The notes under the pieces: generated by a model | Database searches by the model: none | What the model was told of the DNA's origin: nothing | What the model saw: the letters and a program-made list of their open reading frames with translations, nothing else | Virus genome (UHGV): UHGV-0216082 | DNA length: 33,047 nucleotides | From: a virus | Strand: one strand, 5' to 3' | Shown here: positions 1-9,288 of the stretch, one piece after another | Layout: each line of letters begins with the position of its first letter | Position numbering within the stretch: position 1 is the first letter of the stretch | Made by a program: the position numbers and the translations under genes

Positions 1-745
1 AGTTAAAAAGCCACATAAAATTATTGACTTGAGTCAATATGTTACAAAAATCAAAGTTAATTCAAGTTCAGGAACTTACCCACTTTTAAAGAGAAATAAA
101 GCAGTATTATCAACTGTAGAAGAACTAGAAAAAAATCCTGAATTAGCAAAGCCTGAATTTGATAAAGTTGATTGGAAAGTTGAAACTTATAGAGGAGCGA
201 TTCCAATTTCTCAAGAAAGCATAGATGATGCAGATTGTGATATAGTAGCACTAATCGAAGAACAAGCAGAAATTCTTAAAATCAATACAAGAAACCAAAA
301 AATCTGTTCAGAACTAAAGAAATTTACAGCAAAAACAGTTACAAAACTAGATGAAATTATAACACTTCTAGATGTAGAACTAGAAATTGCTTATGGAAGA
401 ACAGCATTAATGACTCAAGCATTTTTCAATAAACTTCATATTATCAAAGATAAAATGGGAAGATATATGTGGGATTCATCAATCATTTCAAATAGTCAAA
501 ACGAGTACGTTCCTGTTGAAATAATTATAGTTCCTGATGAATTTTTAGGAGCAAAAAATGATGCAAAAGCATTTATTGGAGATTTGGAATATGCAGTTTT
601 ATTAGCTGACAGAAATGATTTAAGTGTTAAATGGGTTGACAACGACATTTATGGAGAAATCTTACAAGCAGGAATTAGATTCGATGTAGAACAAGCAGAC
701 AAAGAAGCGGGTTTCTTTGTAACTTTAAATTTAACTGAAGCATAA
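1..745 (+). CDS. HK97-family major capsid protein, C-terminal part (joined protein 389 aa)
   Basis: Capsid-like motifs (VEELEKNPELAKPEF, IPISQESIDD, KDKMGRY, AFIGDL, RFDV). Follows portal and protease on the circle. Confidence 0.92.
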   Translation, partial: VKKPHKIIDLSQYVTKIKVNSSSGTYPLLKRNKAVLSTVEELEKNPELAKPEFDKVDWKVETYRGAIPISQESIDDADCDIVALIEEQAEILKINTRNQKICSELKKFTAKTVTKLDEIITLLDVELEIAYGRTALMTQAFFNKLHIIKDKMGRYMWDSSIISNSQNEYVPVEIIIVPDEFLGAKNDAKAFIGDLEYAVLLADRNDLSVKWVDNDIYGEILQAGIRFDVEQADKEAGFFVTLNLTEA

Positions 746-764
746 TAACAGAGAGGAGTTAGTT

Positions 765-1061
765 ATGTATAAAGTATTATATGATTTTATAGATACAGAC
801 GGAGTCGCTTATTACAAAGGCGACTCTTATCCTCTTTTTAGCTTTTTGATTAATCAAGATCATATAAATTACTTGCTTTCTAATGAAAATAAAGCAGGTA
901 AAGCATTGATTGAGAAAATCGAAGACAAAGAAACAGAAGAGGGAGTCAATGAAGAGGGACTTGAAGAAAAATTAGGCGAAGAAACAGAAAAAAAAGAAGA
1001 TTCAAATAACAAAACAAATTCAAAAAAAGAAGTGGATGAAGTGAATACAGATGAAAGATAA
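765..1061 (+). CDS. Capsid-adjacent small protein with acidic tail
   Basis: GAGGAG RBS. N-terminus (MYKV..DF.D....Y..GD.YP) resembles small genes found after the capsid gene in Bacillota siphophages. Confidence 0.6.
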   Translation: MYKVLYDFIDTDGVAYYKGDSYPLFSFLINQDHINYLLSNENKAGKALIEKIEDKETEEGVNEEGLEEKLGEETEKKEDSNNKTNSKKEVDEVNTDER

Positions 1062-1329
1062 ACTACTTCAAGTTGTAAAATGGAGACTAGGCATAACAAC
1101 AAATATCAAAGATGAATTTATAACATTCTTGATAGAATCAACTCTTAAAGAAATGAAAAGTCAACACAAAATGGAGTTGACAGATGAAAATCACGAAGAA
1201 AAAACAGAATTAAGAGAGTTTATTGTTGACTATGTCTGTTACAAATACAATAACACAGAGTACAAAGGAATGCCACGTTCATTACAACTTAAACTTCACA
1301 ATTTAAAAATAAATAGAATGAGGAAATAA
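1051..1329 (+). CDS. Head-tail connector (gp6-like)
   Basis: Size, position and LLQVVKWRLGI...KDEFI...MPRSLQ pattern. Confidence 0.75.
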   Translation: MKDKLLQVVKWRLGITTNIKDEFITFLIESTLKEMKSQHKMELTDENHEEKTELREFIVDYVCYKYNNTEYKGMPRSLQLKLHNLKINRMRK

Positions 1330-1330
1330 A

Positions 1331-1636
1331 ATGACTTTTGATTATGAAATAACACTTTTAAAAAGAGTAGTTGAACTTAATGAGTTAAATGAAGAAGAAA
1401 AAAAATATATTGAGACACAAATACTTGCGAATATTGAGTCAATTTCAATGCGAGAATTTTACGAAGCGAAGAATAGCGATTTACAAGTTGACATCACATT
1501 TATTATTCATAACTTTGAATACTCAGGACAGCATAATCTTAGATATGATAATAAAGAATTTGAAATTATCAGATCATATAAAAGAAAAGATGGTTTGCTT
1601 GAACTAACTTGTAAAGAAGTGATTTTGAATGAATAA
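1331..1636 (+). CDS. Head closure protein (SPP1 gp16-like)
   Basis: SISMREFYEA...Y.G...LRYDNKEFEIIRSY...LELTC pattern and synteny. Confidence 0.8.
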   Translation: MTFDYEITLLKRVVELNELNEEEKKYIETQILANIESISMREFYEAKNSDLQVDITFIIHNFEYSGQHNLRYDNKEFEIIRSYKRKDGLLELTCKEVILNE

Positions 1637-1994
1637 ATTTAGTAAAGATGTTGAAGATATTTTAAAATCAGAAATTGGACTCGTAAAAGAACGTGTTAGG
1701 AAAATAGCAAGAGAAGTTGCAGAACAAAGTTGTAAAGAATTGGAAAGTACTGCACCACACAGAAATGGAAAGTATAGAAAGTCTTTTAAAGTTGATGACA
1801 CAGATTCAATGACTGCAGTTGTACATTCGGAAAAACATTATAGACTTACTCATTTATTAGAGTTTGGACATGATGTTATAAAGAATGGGAAACGAGTCGG
1901 AAGAGCAAAAGCATATCCACATTGGGCGAGAGTTGAAGAAAATGGGATAAAAGAATTTGAAAAGAAAATTCAAAAGGAAATAGAAAATGGATAA
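1629..1994 (+). CDS. HK97 gp10-family neck protein
   Basis: TAPHRNGKYRKSF...HYRLTHLLEFGH motif. Confidence 0.85.
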   Translation: MNKFSKDVEDILKSEIGLVKERVRKIAREVAEQSCKELESTAPHRNGKYRKSFKVDDTDSMTAVVHSEKHYRLTHLLEFGHDVIKNGKRVGRAKAYPHWARVEENGIKEFEKKIQKEIENG

Positions 1995-2316
1995 AGATTT
2001 AGAAAAACTTATAAAAATATTCAAAAAACTAAAAATTGAATTGAGATATATAAAAACAAAAGACAATTTAACAGTGCCTTATGCGATTTATAGAAGATTA
2101 TCAGAAAAACGAATTTATGCAGATAATAAAAGATTTTTTTCAAGATTACATTTAATGGTTGAAGTGTACTTTGATAGTTTAAAAAAACAGCTTGAATTTG
2201 AAGAGTTATTTGAAAAAGAATTAGAAGAGAATAGATTCATATTTATAAAAAGTGAAGATATAGAATTAGACAAAAACGTCATAATGATATATTACGAAAT
2301 AACAGGAGGAATTTAA
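1987..2316 (+). CDS. Putative tail terminator/completion protein
   Basis: Sits before the major tail gene; PYAIY...YADN motif. Confidence 0.65.
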   Translation: MDKDLEKLIKIFKKLKIELRYIKTKDNLTVPYAIYRRLSEKRIYADNKRFFSRLHLMVEVYFDSLKKQLEFEELFEKELEENRFIFIKSEDIELDKNVIMIYYEITGGI

Positions 2317-2319
2317 AAT

Positions 2320-2898
2320 ATGGCTGAAGAAAAAAATATAGTAGAATTTGGTGTTGAAAATTTACATTTGGCAACGTTAAAAAATGATGGAGAATTTGAC
2401 ACTCCTGTGAATATAAAAGGAACGTCAAAAATAAAGTTATCAGGAAAAGGAGATTCAAAGATTATCTATGCTGATAACGGAACATTCTATGTAATTTCAA
2501 GCAATACTGGTTACGAAGGTGAACTTGAAATCTATAACTTTGATGATGATTTCAAAATAAAATATTTAGGATTTAAAAGAGATGGAAATGGAATTTTGTT
2601 AGAACCTAGTATTTTAAAACCTGTAAGTTTAGCCATGGCATTTAAAATATTAGGGGATGTCAAAGATAGAGTTTCAGTTTTATATAATTGTATTTTTGAA
2701 AAACCTGATATTGAACTAAAAACAGTTGAAGAAAAAATTGATGTTGAAGTTATGAAAATTAAATTTAAGGCAAGACCTAAAGAATTTCAAGATTATGATG
2801 AAAAAATTGTTCAAGCATCAACTTTAAATGAAAAAGCGAAAGAAACATGGTTTACAAAAATTTACACACCAAGTAAAACAAAAACATTACAAGGATAG
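2320..2898 (+). CDS. Major tail tube protein (phi13 family)
   Basis: VEFGVENLH, YADNG.FY...SNTGYEGELE, VLYNC...KP motifs. Confidence 0.9.
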   Translation: MAEEKNIVEFGVENLHLATLKNDGEFDTPVNIKGTSKIKLSGKGDSKIIYADNGTFYVISSNTGYEGELEIYNFDDDFKIKYLGFKRDGNGILLEPSILKPVSLAMAFKILGDVKDRVSVLYNCIFEKPDIELKTVEEKIDVEVMKIKFKARPKEFQDYDEKIVQASTLNEKAKETWFTKIYTPSKTKTLQG

Positions 2899-2906
2899 GA
2901 GAAGAA

Positions 2907-3311
2907 ATGTTAACACGAGAGATTGATTTTTTTGGAAAAACACTAAAAGTAAATGTATCTAGCATAATACCATTAAAGTATAATTTTGAATTTAAAAAAG
3001 ACTTAAATGATTTTTTAAATAAATTATTACAATTTGGGAAAAAGTCGAAAAAAACAGATAAAAAATTTAGCTTTGAAGATTTAGATTTTGAAATGCTAAA
3101 TAGTTGTATCGAAGTCGCTTATACTATGCTGAAGTATGCAAATAATGATAATTTCAACTATAAAGATTATGAAGACTATCTTTCAAATTATGAATTTACA
3201 GAATTAGCTGTAAAATCTATGGAGATTGCAACGTTATACATCAAAGGGACAAAACCTACATTTGAACCTAGAGTAAAAGTAAAAAAAAACAAGGGAAAAA
3301 AAGGGAGATAA
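2907..3311 (+). CDS. Tail assembly chaperone (gpG-like)
   Basis: Between major tail and tape measure genes; ends in slippery A-runs. Confidence 0.8.
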   Translation: MLTREIDFFGKTLKVNVSSIIPLKYNFEFKKDLNDFLNKLLQFGKKSKKTDKKFSFEDLDFEMLNSCIEVAYTMLKYANNDNFNYKDYEDYLSNYEFTELAVKSMEIATLYIKGTKPTFEPRVKVKKNKGKKGR

Positions 3312-3496
3312 CATACTCCCTTTTTTTACTTAGAGCTTTAGAAATGGGGTTAAAAGTAGAAGATTTAGAAAACTTAACAGAAGGTATGATTTATGATTTA
3401 TTAGAAGAAAAAATGATAGATAATGCAGAAAATGACGAGAACATTGAAGTAATAAATCATGCCGATATTGATACATTTTTCCCTATTAATTTTTAA
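3271..3496 (+). CDS. Tail chaperone gpT-like extension in the -1 frame (G-T fusion)
   Basis: The -1 frame is open from 3271 to TAA 3494-3496 (...EITYSLFLLRALEMGLKVEDLENLTEGMIYDLLEEK...DIDTFFPINF). Slippery sites at 3281-3290 and 3293-3299. Confidence 0.8.
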
Positions 3497-3515
3497 AGCA
3501 AAGTGAGGTGAGCAA

Positions 3516-6326
3516 ATGGCAGGGAGAATAAAGGGTGTAACTATTGAGTTTGGGGGAGACACCGTCAAACTTGAAAAAGCACTAAAAGGGGTTAATAGTG
3601 CAAGTAGAGATGCACAAAATAAGCTCAAAGATATAAATAGATTATTAAAATTCGACCCTAAAAATTCGGAACTACTAAAACAAAAGCAAAAAGAACTTGG
3701 AAATGTAATTAATGCAAACAAAGAGAAACTTGCAAAATTAAAAGAAATAGAAAAAGAGCTTGCAAAAGATCCGGGGCAAAAAGAAAAATGGGAAATCATA
3801 AAAAGAGAAATTATTGAAACGGAACAACAACTTAAAAATTATACCAAACAACTGAGTGTTTTTCATAAAATTGGAGAACAAGTTGAAAAGGTTGGACAAG
3901 GCTTTGAAAATGCAGGAAAAAAACTTCTTCCAGTTACAGCCGGAATAATTGCATTAAGTGCTGCAAGTGTAAAAACTTGGAATGAAGTCGATGAGATGCT
4001 TGATATAGTTGTTACAAAAACCGGAGCTACAGGAGATAATTTAAGAGAATTACAAAATGTCGCAAAAGAAGTTTTTGAAAGTGAAGTAGTACCTTCAGCA
4101 ACAGATGCAGGGAATGCAGTCGGCGAACTTAACACAAGATTTGGTTTCACAGGCGATATTTTAAAAGAAGCAAGTGTTGACTTCTTAAAATTTGCAAAAG
4201 TAACAGGTCAAGATGTAAATAGTGCGATAATGTTAGTTGCTAGAGCTATGGGTGATGCAGGAATACCTGCAGACCAATATAAAACAGTTCTTGATGAACT
4301 TACAGTCGCAGGACAACAATCAGGGATAGAAGTTGCAAAACTAACAGATACCTTAACAAAATTCGGAGCACCTATGAGACAACTTGGTTTTGATACTAAA
4401 GAAAGCATTGCTCTATTTGCATCATGGGAAAAAGCAGGTGTAAATACAGAGATTGCTTTTTCAGGTATGAAAAAAGCAATTGGGAACTGGGCGAAAGAAG
4501 GAAAAGATGCTAAGGTAGAATTTAGAAAAATGCTTGATGAAATCAAGAATGCTCCAAACTTAGCAGAGGCGACCACAAAAGCAATAAAAGTATTCGGTCA
4601 AAAAGCCGGACCGGATTTAGCTGATGCAATAAAAGGTGGTCGTTTTGAATTTGAAGAAATGATGAAAGCGATTGAAGGAAGCAAAGGCTCTCTTGAGACA
4701 ACATTTCAAAATACAAGAGATCCAATTGATGATTTAAAACAATCTTTCAATTCTTTAAAATTAACAGGAGCAGAACTTGCAAATGTTGCAATGCAAATGC
4801 TAGCACCAATTTTTAAAACTTTAGCAGATAAAGCAAAACAATTAAGCAGTTGGTTTTCAAAGCTATCAGATAGTCAAAAAGAAATGATTGTAAAATGGGG
4901 AGGAATTATTGCAGCAATTGCACCACTTTTGATTGTATTTGGGAAACTTACAATCGGGATAGGCAAAACAATTGATGCATTTAAAAAAATTCACTCAGCA
5001 GTTGCAATTTTTAAAAATGCATTTACAGCATTAAGAACAATGGGAGCACTTCTAAGAGCTGGTTTAATAAAAACTTTCACATTAATGTTAACGAACCCTT
5101 TTTTTGCTACTGCAGCTGCAATTGCTGCACTTGTAGCAGGAATAATTTATGCTTACAAACATTCAGAAAAATTCAGACAGATTGTAGATAAAGCATTAAA
5201 AGTTGTATCTAAAGCATTTCAAGAATTCATGCAAGTGGTTGAAGATGTTTGGCCCGTAATACAGCAATACTTTCAAAACGCATGGAATAATGTAATACTT
5301 CCAACGATACAATGGATAAAAGCTGGAATTGATTCTTTAAGAGAACCATTTGAAAAATTTAAAAATGGTTGTATTTTAATATGGACCGAAGTTTGGCAAT
5401 TTTTAAAAAATGCATGGGAAATATTTTGGAGCACTTTTCAACCGATATTTTCACTTTCATGGGAACTTATAAAAGTATCTTTTAGTACAACTTGGGAAAC
5501 TATAAAAATAATCTTTTCAACAGTATGGAATAATATAAAAATAATTTTCGATACTGTCGTAAATGTGATAAAAAGTGTATGGGATATTTTTGCAGGAGTT
5601 TTCACAGGAGATTGGAGTAGAGTATGGAGCGGAGTTCAAGGAGTATTTTCATCAATTTGGAATGGAATTAAAAGTTTATTTAGTAATGTTTTAAATGCGA
5701 TATGGAGTTTTGTTAAAAATACATTTAATGGAATTTTTCAAAGTATTTCTTCAATATTTGGTAAAGTTCCTGGAAACATTTCAAATATTTGGAATTCGGT
5801 ATATAATTTCTTAACAAGTATTAATTTAGTAAGCGTTGGTAGAAATATTATTCAAGGACTTATAAATGGAGTTGGTGCAATGGGAGGAGCATTAGTTAAT
5901 GCAGCTAGAAATATTGCGAATAGATTTGTATCAAGCATTAAATCATTCTTTGGAATAAATTCACCATCAAGACTCATGACTGGGTTTGGGATAAATATCG
6001 GCGAAGGTCTTGTTATAGGTACTGAAGAAATGCAAGATGAAGTTGCTAAAAGTGGAGCAAATTTATCAAAAGCATTCACCAAAGGTTATGAGGAAAAGCA
6101 AAAAAATATAAAGAATACTTTGACAGGATCTTATGATTTGACTACAAGCAGTAATATCATTTCAAAAATGAATCAAGTTATAAGCGAATTTAACGGAATG
6201 AAAAACAGTTTAAACATTACAGTAAATTCTGTTTTAGACGGGAAAGAAATAGCAAAAGCAACTTGGAAGCATACAGATAGCTTTCAAGGTATGAACTTAA
6301 AAAGATTAGGGAGTGTGAAAGTATGA
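3516..6326 (+). CDS. Tape measure protein
   Basis: 936 aa, MAGRIKGVTIEFGGDT start, helical A/G-rich core, hydrophobic segments and periodic Trp/Phe repeats. Confidence 0.95.
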   Translation: MAGRIKGVTIEFGGDTVKLEKALKGVNSASRDAQNKLKDINRLLKFDPKNSELLKQKQKELGNVINANKEKLAKLKEIEKELAKDPGQKEKWEIIKREIIETEQQLKNYTKQLSVFHKIGEQVEKVGQGFENAGKKLLPVTAGIIALSAASVKTWNEVDEMLDIVVTKTGATGDNLRELQNVAKEVFESEVVPSATDAGNAVGELNTRFGFTGDILKEASVDFLKFAKVTGQDVNSAIMLVARAMGDAGIPADQYKTVLDELTVAGQQSGIEVAKLTDTLTKFGAPMRQLGFDTKESIALFASWEKAGVNTEIAFSGMKKAIGNWAKEGKDAKVEFRKMLDEIKNAPNLAEATTKAIKVFGQKAGPDLADAIKGGRFEFEEMMKAIEGSKGSLETTFQNTRDPIDDLKQSFNSLKLTGAELANVAMQMLAPIFKTLADKAKQLSSWFSKLSDSQKEMIVKWGGIIAAIAPLLIVFGKLTIGIGKTIDAFKKIHSAVAIFKNAFTALRTMGALLRAGLIKTFTLMLTNPFFATAAAIAALVAGIIYAYKHSEKFRQIVDKALKVVSKAFQEFMQVVEDVWPVIQQYFQNAWNNVILPTIQWIKAGIDSLREPFEKFKNGCILIWTEVWQFLKNAWEIFWSTFQPIFSLSWELIKVSFSTTWETIKIIFSTVWNNIKIIFDTVVNVIKSVWDIFAGVFTGDWSRVWSGVQGVFSSIWNGIKSLFSNVLNAIWSFVKNTFNGIFQSISSIFGKVPGNISNIWNSVYNFLTSINLVSVGRNIIQGLINGVGAMGGALVNAARNIANRFVSSIKSFFGINSPSRLMTGFGINIGEGLVIGTEEMQDEVAKSGANLSKAFTKGYEEKQKNIKNTLTGSYDLTTSSNIISKMNQVISEFNGMKNSLNITVNSVLDGKEIAKATWKHTDSFQGMNLKRLGSVKV

Positions 6327-6949
6327 TAAATATAAAAGAATTGAAAACTAAATACAATGTTTCAGAATTTACAATTAATTATAAAAATTCAGATTACACT
6401 CCTGAATTTTTTAAAAACAGATTGAAATCTAGCACAGAAAATTTTTATAAAATTAATATAAACTGTTTTTTAAAAGTTGATAATGATTTAATTTACAACA
6501 TAAATAGATTAAAAGAATTATTTAAAAATATTACATTAATTGATGACAATAAAGAATATGATGTATTTTTAGATAGCTGTTCTGATGTAGAAGTTGAAGA
6601 AGATGATATTATTCTAATAACTTTCAACTGTAATGGTAAAATTTTCAGAAAAAGAAAAAAAAGAAAATTAAAAAACGGAGACAAAATAGTTTTTGATTCT
6701 GTTAGAGATATAAGTTTAAATTTTTCATTAGATGCATCAAATATTGTTTCAGAAAAGAGTGTAACTTTAAATAATATGATTTTTAAATTTAACACAAAAA
6801 CAGGGTTTGAAATCAACGCTGAAGAAGGAAAAGTAAAAAACTTAATTGATTGGGATTTTTACGAATTTATAAAAAGTAGAAATAAAGAATTCACTTTAAA
6901 ATTAGATGGGATTGATGAAGTATTTATTGATTATAGAGAGGAACTATAA
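6323..6949 (+). CDS. Putative distal tail (Dit) protein
   Basis: Synteny between tape measure and Tal-like genes; sequence not recognised. Confidence 0.55.
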   Translation: MINIKELKTKYNVSEFTINYKNSDYTPEFFKNRLKSSTENFYKININCFLKVDNDLIYNINRLKELFKNITLIDDNKEYDVFLDSCSDVEVEEDDIILITFNCNGKIFRKRKKRKLKNGDKIVFDSVRDISLNFSLDASNIVSEKSVTLNNMIFKFNTKTGFEINAEEGKVKNLIDWDFYEFIKSRNKEFTLKLDGIDEVFIDYREEL

Positions 6950-6951
6950 GT

Positions 6952-9285
6952 ATGTTACTAAATTTTTTTAAAACAAGAGATAAAATTTTAGATAAAGACT
7001 GTAAAATTACTTATGAATATGATGGTTTAATCACTTTAGAATTTGAAATAGGAGAAGATGAAGAGGTTTTTTGTGAAGAACCTTTTTTCATTTCCGGAGA
7101 AAATCAGTTTATCATAAAAAGTATTGATGATGAGGTTGTTACTTGCACGCTTGATTTTACAAGTCTTAAAAAAGATTTTTATGTAGGACAGAAAAGTTTT
7201 GATTCACAAACATTAAATGATATACTTCATCATCTATTAGATCCTGTGGGTTGGGAAATAAAAAATGCACAATCTGTAAAAATTAGAAGAACATTAACTG
7301 TTGAAGATGAAAGTCTATTAAGTGCAATATTCAAACTTGAAGAGCTATATAATTGTACTTTTGAGTTTGATTGTAAAAATAAAATTTTAAAAGTTGTTGA
7401 TGAAGGAACTGACAGAGATTATATAGTTTCTAAAGATATAAACTTAGAAAAGTTTATTATAAAAAAAGACACTTATGAGCATTATACAAGAATTTATGGA
7501 TTCGGAAAAGATAATATGACATTTTCAAGCATTAATAATGATAAAGAATATGTTGAAAATTTTAATTATAACAAAAATATAATACCTGCAGTTTTCAGAG
7601 ATGATAGATTTACAGATAAACTGAATTTAAAAAAGCATTGTGAAGAGTTATTAGAAAAACATTCAAAGCCTTTAATTGAGTATGAATTAAGCATTATAGA
7701 ACTTGAGAGAAGAGACTTAAGACTTCATGATATAATAACATTTTTAAATTACAAAACAAAGAAAAAAGAAAAACATAGAATAATCGAAATAACTAAATAT
7801 TCTGATGATGAAACAAAAAGCGAAATAAAATTCATAAATAGAACTGAAAACTTATCAGAATATTTACAAAATAGACAAGAGCAAATTTCTCAAGAAGTGA
7901 AAAAAGAAATTGGAAGATATGATTTTTCTTCAAGATTTGATGAAAGCATAAAAAAGGCAACAAGTAAATTTGAAAAATTATTGCTTAATGGATATAAAAT
8001 CGAAACGGAAAATGGAACTTATTATGTTGACCAACTTCCAAAAGAAAAGGCAAAAAATGTCCTTCGAATTGGACTTGGAGGAATAATGGGAAGTTCGACA
8101 GGTTGGAATGGACCGTATTCATTAGCAATAAGCAATGATGGAGTTATAAATGCAGATAGGATTTTAACAGGTTTTTTAGATGCAGACAGAATAAAAGCAA
8201 ATAGTATTACTGCAGATAAACTAACAGTAAAAGCTAAAGAAGAAATCACAGATGGACTTGTAAAAAAAGAAAACTTCAATAATTTTTTGGTAAATAATCA
8301 AGTCTTAAAAAGCGAGATAACAGAATCTGTAACAAGTGAAGTGTCAAAGGTAAAAGTTGGTGCTAGAAACTTGCTACCAAACAGCTACTTTTTTGATAAG
8401 TCAAAATGGCATACATTCGGAGCTAAAAGTATAGAGTACAACAAACTTAATGATATAGAAGATTGGGGAGATTGTGAAAGTATAAAGTTTCTTGAAAGAA
8501 ATACAGATATAAACAGCAACATACTAGCTTTTTATCTTTTTGACAATTTAAAATTACAAAATAAAGACTATGTTTTTAGTTTTGATTGTATAAACTTTTC
8601 GGACTTTGATTTAAGATTTTTCTTAAATGAATATACTGCAGAAGTAAAAGAAGTTGTAAAGAGCAAAGAACAAAAAAGAGTTTTTTTAAAAGCAAAAGAT
8701 GTAAAAAAACTTTTTATTGAAGTTTTAGAAAATCCTCAAGAGCCTGTATTTTCAATTAAAAAGCTCAAAATTGAAGAGGGAACAATTGCAACGACTTGGG
8801 TTCCTGCTTTAGAAGATTCAGAAAAAGAAAACGAAAAATTAAAACAAGAAATTTTAAATTTGACTACTACCAATTCAGAACTTGCAAAGAAACTTAATAA
8901 TTTAGAACTTAACAATCTACAATTAAAAGAATTCATAAAGTCAAGTATAAAACAAACTCACGATTCTATAACTTTCGATTTTGACAAATTTAAAGAAATC
9001 TATCAAAACGATAAAAGTGTCTTTCAAGGAAAATTTGATGATATATCAAGCTATATCCGTTTTGACATTGACGGAATGGAAATGGGGAAAAAAGATGGAG
9101 AATTTAAAATGAGATTATCCCCTAAAAAGCAATCTTTCTTTATGAAAGAAAAAGAAGTAGCATACTTTTCTAATGAGGAACTTTATATAACAGATGCAAG
9201 AATTTTAAGAAGTATAAGAATAGGAAATTATGCTTTTGTTCCTCGTGAAAACGGCAATCTATCATTTAGAAAGGTGGTGGAGTAG
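6952..9285 (+). CDS. Tal-like tail tip / minor structural protein with internal binding module
   Basis: YTRIYGFGKD...SINNDKEYVEN...DDRFTD hub motifs, INADRILTG repeats, GARNLL...IEEGTIATTWVPA module, C-terminal IGNYAFVPRENGNLS. Confidence 0.85.
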   Translation: MLLNFFKTRDKILDKDCKITYEYDGLITLEFEIGEDEEVFCEEPFFISGENQFIIKSIDDEVVTCTLDFTSLKKDFYVGQKSFDSQTLNDILHHLLDPVGWEIKNAQSVKIRRTLTVEDESLLSAIFKLEELYNCTFEFDCKNKILKVVDEGTDRDYIVSKDINLEKFIIKKDTYEHYTRIYGFGKDNMTFSSINNDKEYVENFNYNKNIIPAVFRDDRFTDKLNLKKHCEELLEKHSKPLIEYELSIIELERRDLRLHDIITFLNYKTKKKEKHRIIEITKYSDDETKSEIKFINRTENLSEYLQNRQEQISQEVKKEIGRYDFSSRFDESIKKATSKFEKLLLNGYKIETENGTYYVDQLPKEKAKNVLRIGLGGIMGSSTGWNGPYSLAISNDGVINADRILTGFLDADRIKANSITADKLTVKAKEEITDGLVKKENFNNFLVNNQVLKSEITESVTSEVSKVKVGARNLLPNSYFFDKSKWHTFGAKSIEYNKLNDIEDWGDCESIKFLERNTDINSNILAFYLFDNLKLQNKDYVFSFDCINFSDFDLRFFLNEYTAEVKEVVKSKEQKRVFLKAKDVKKLFIEVLENPQEPVFSIKKLKIEEGTIATTWVPALEDSEKENEKLKQEILNLTTTNSELAKKLNNLELNNLQLKEFIKSSIKQTHDSITFDFDKFKEIYQNDKSVFQGKFDDISSYIRFDIDGMEMGKKDGEFKMRLSPKKQSFFMKEKEVAYFSNEELYITDARILRSIRIGNYAFVPRENGNLSFRKVVE

Positions 9286-9288
9286 TAT

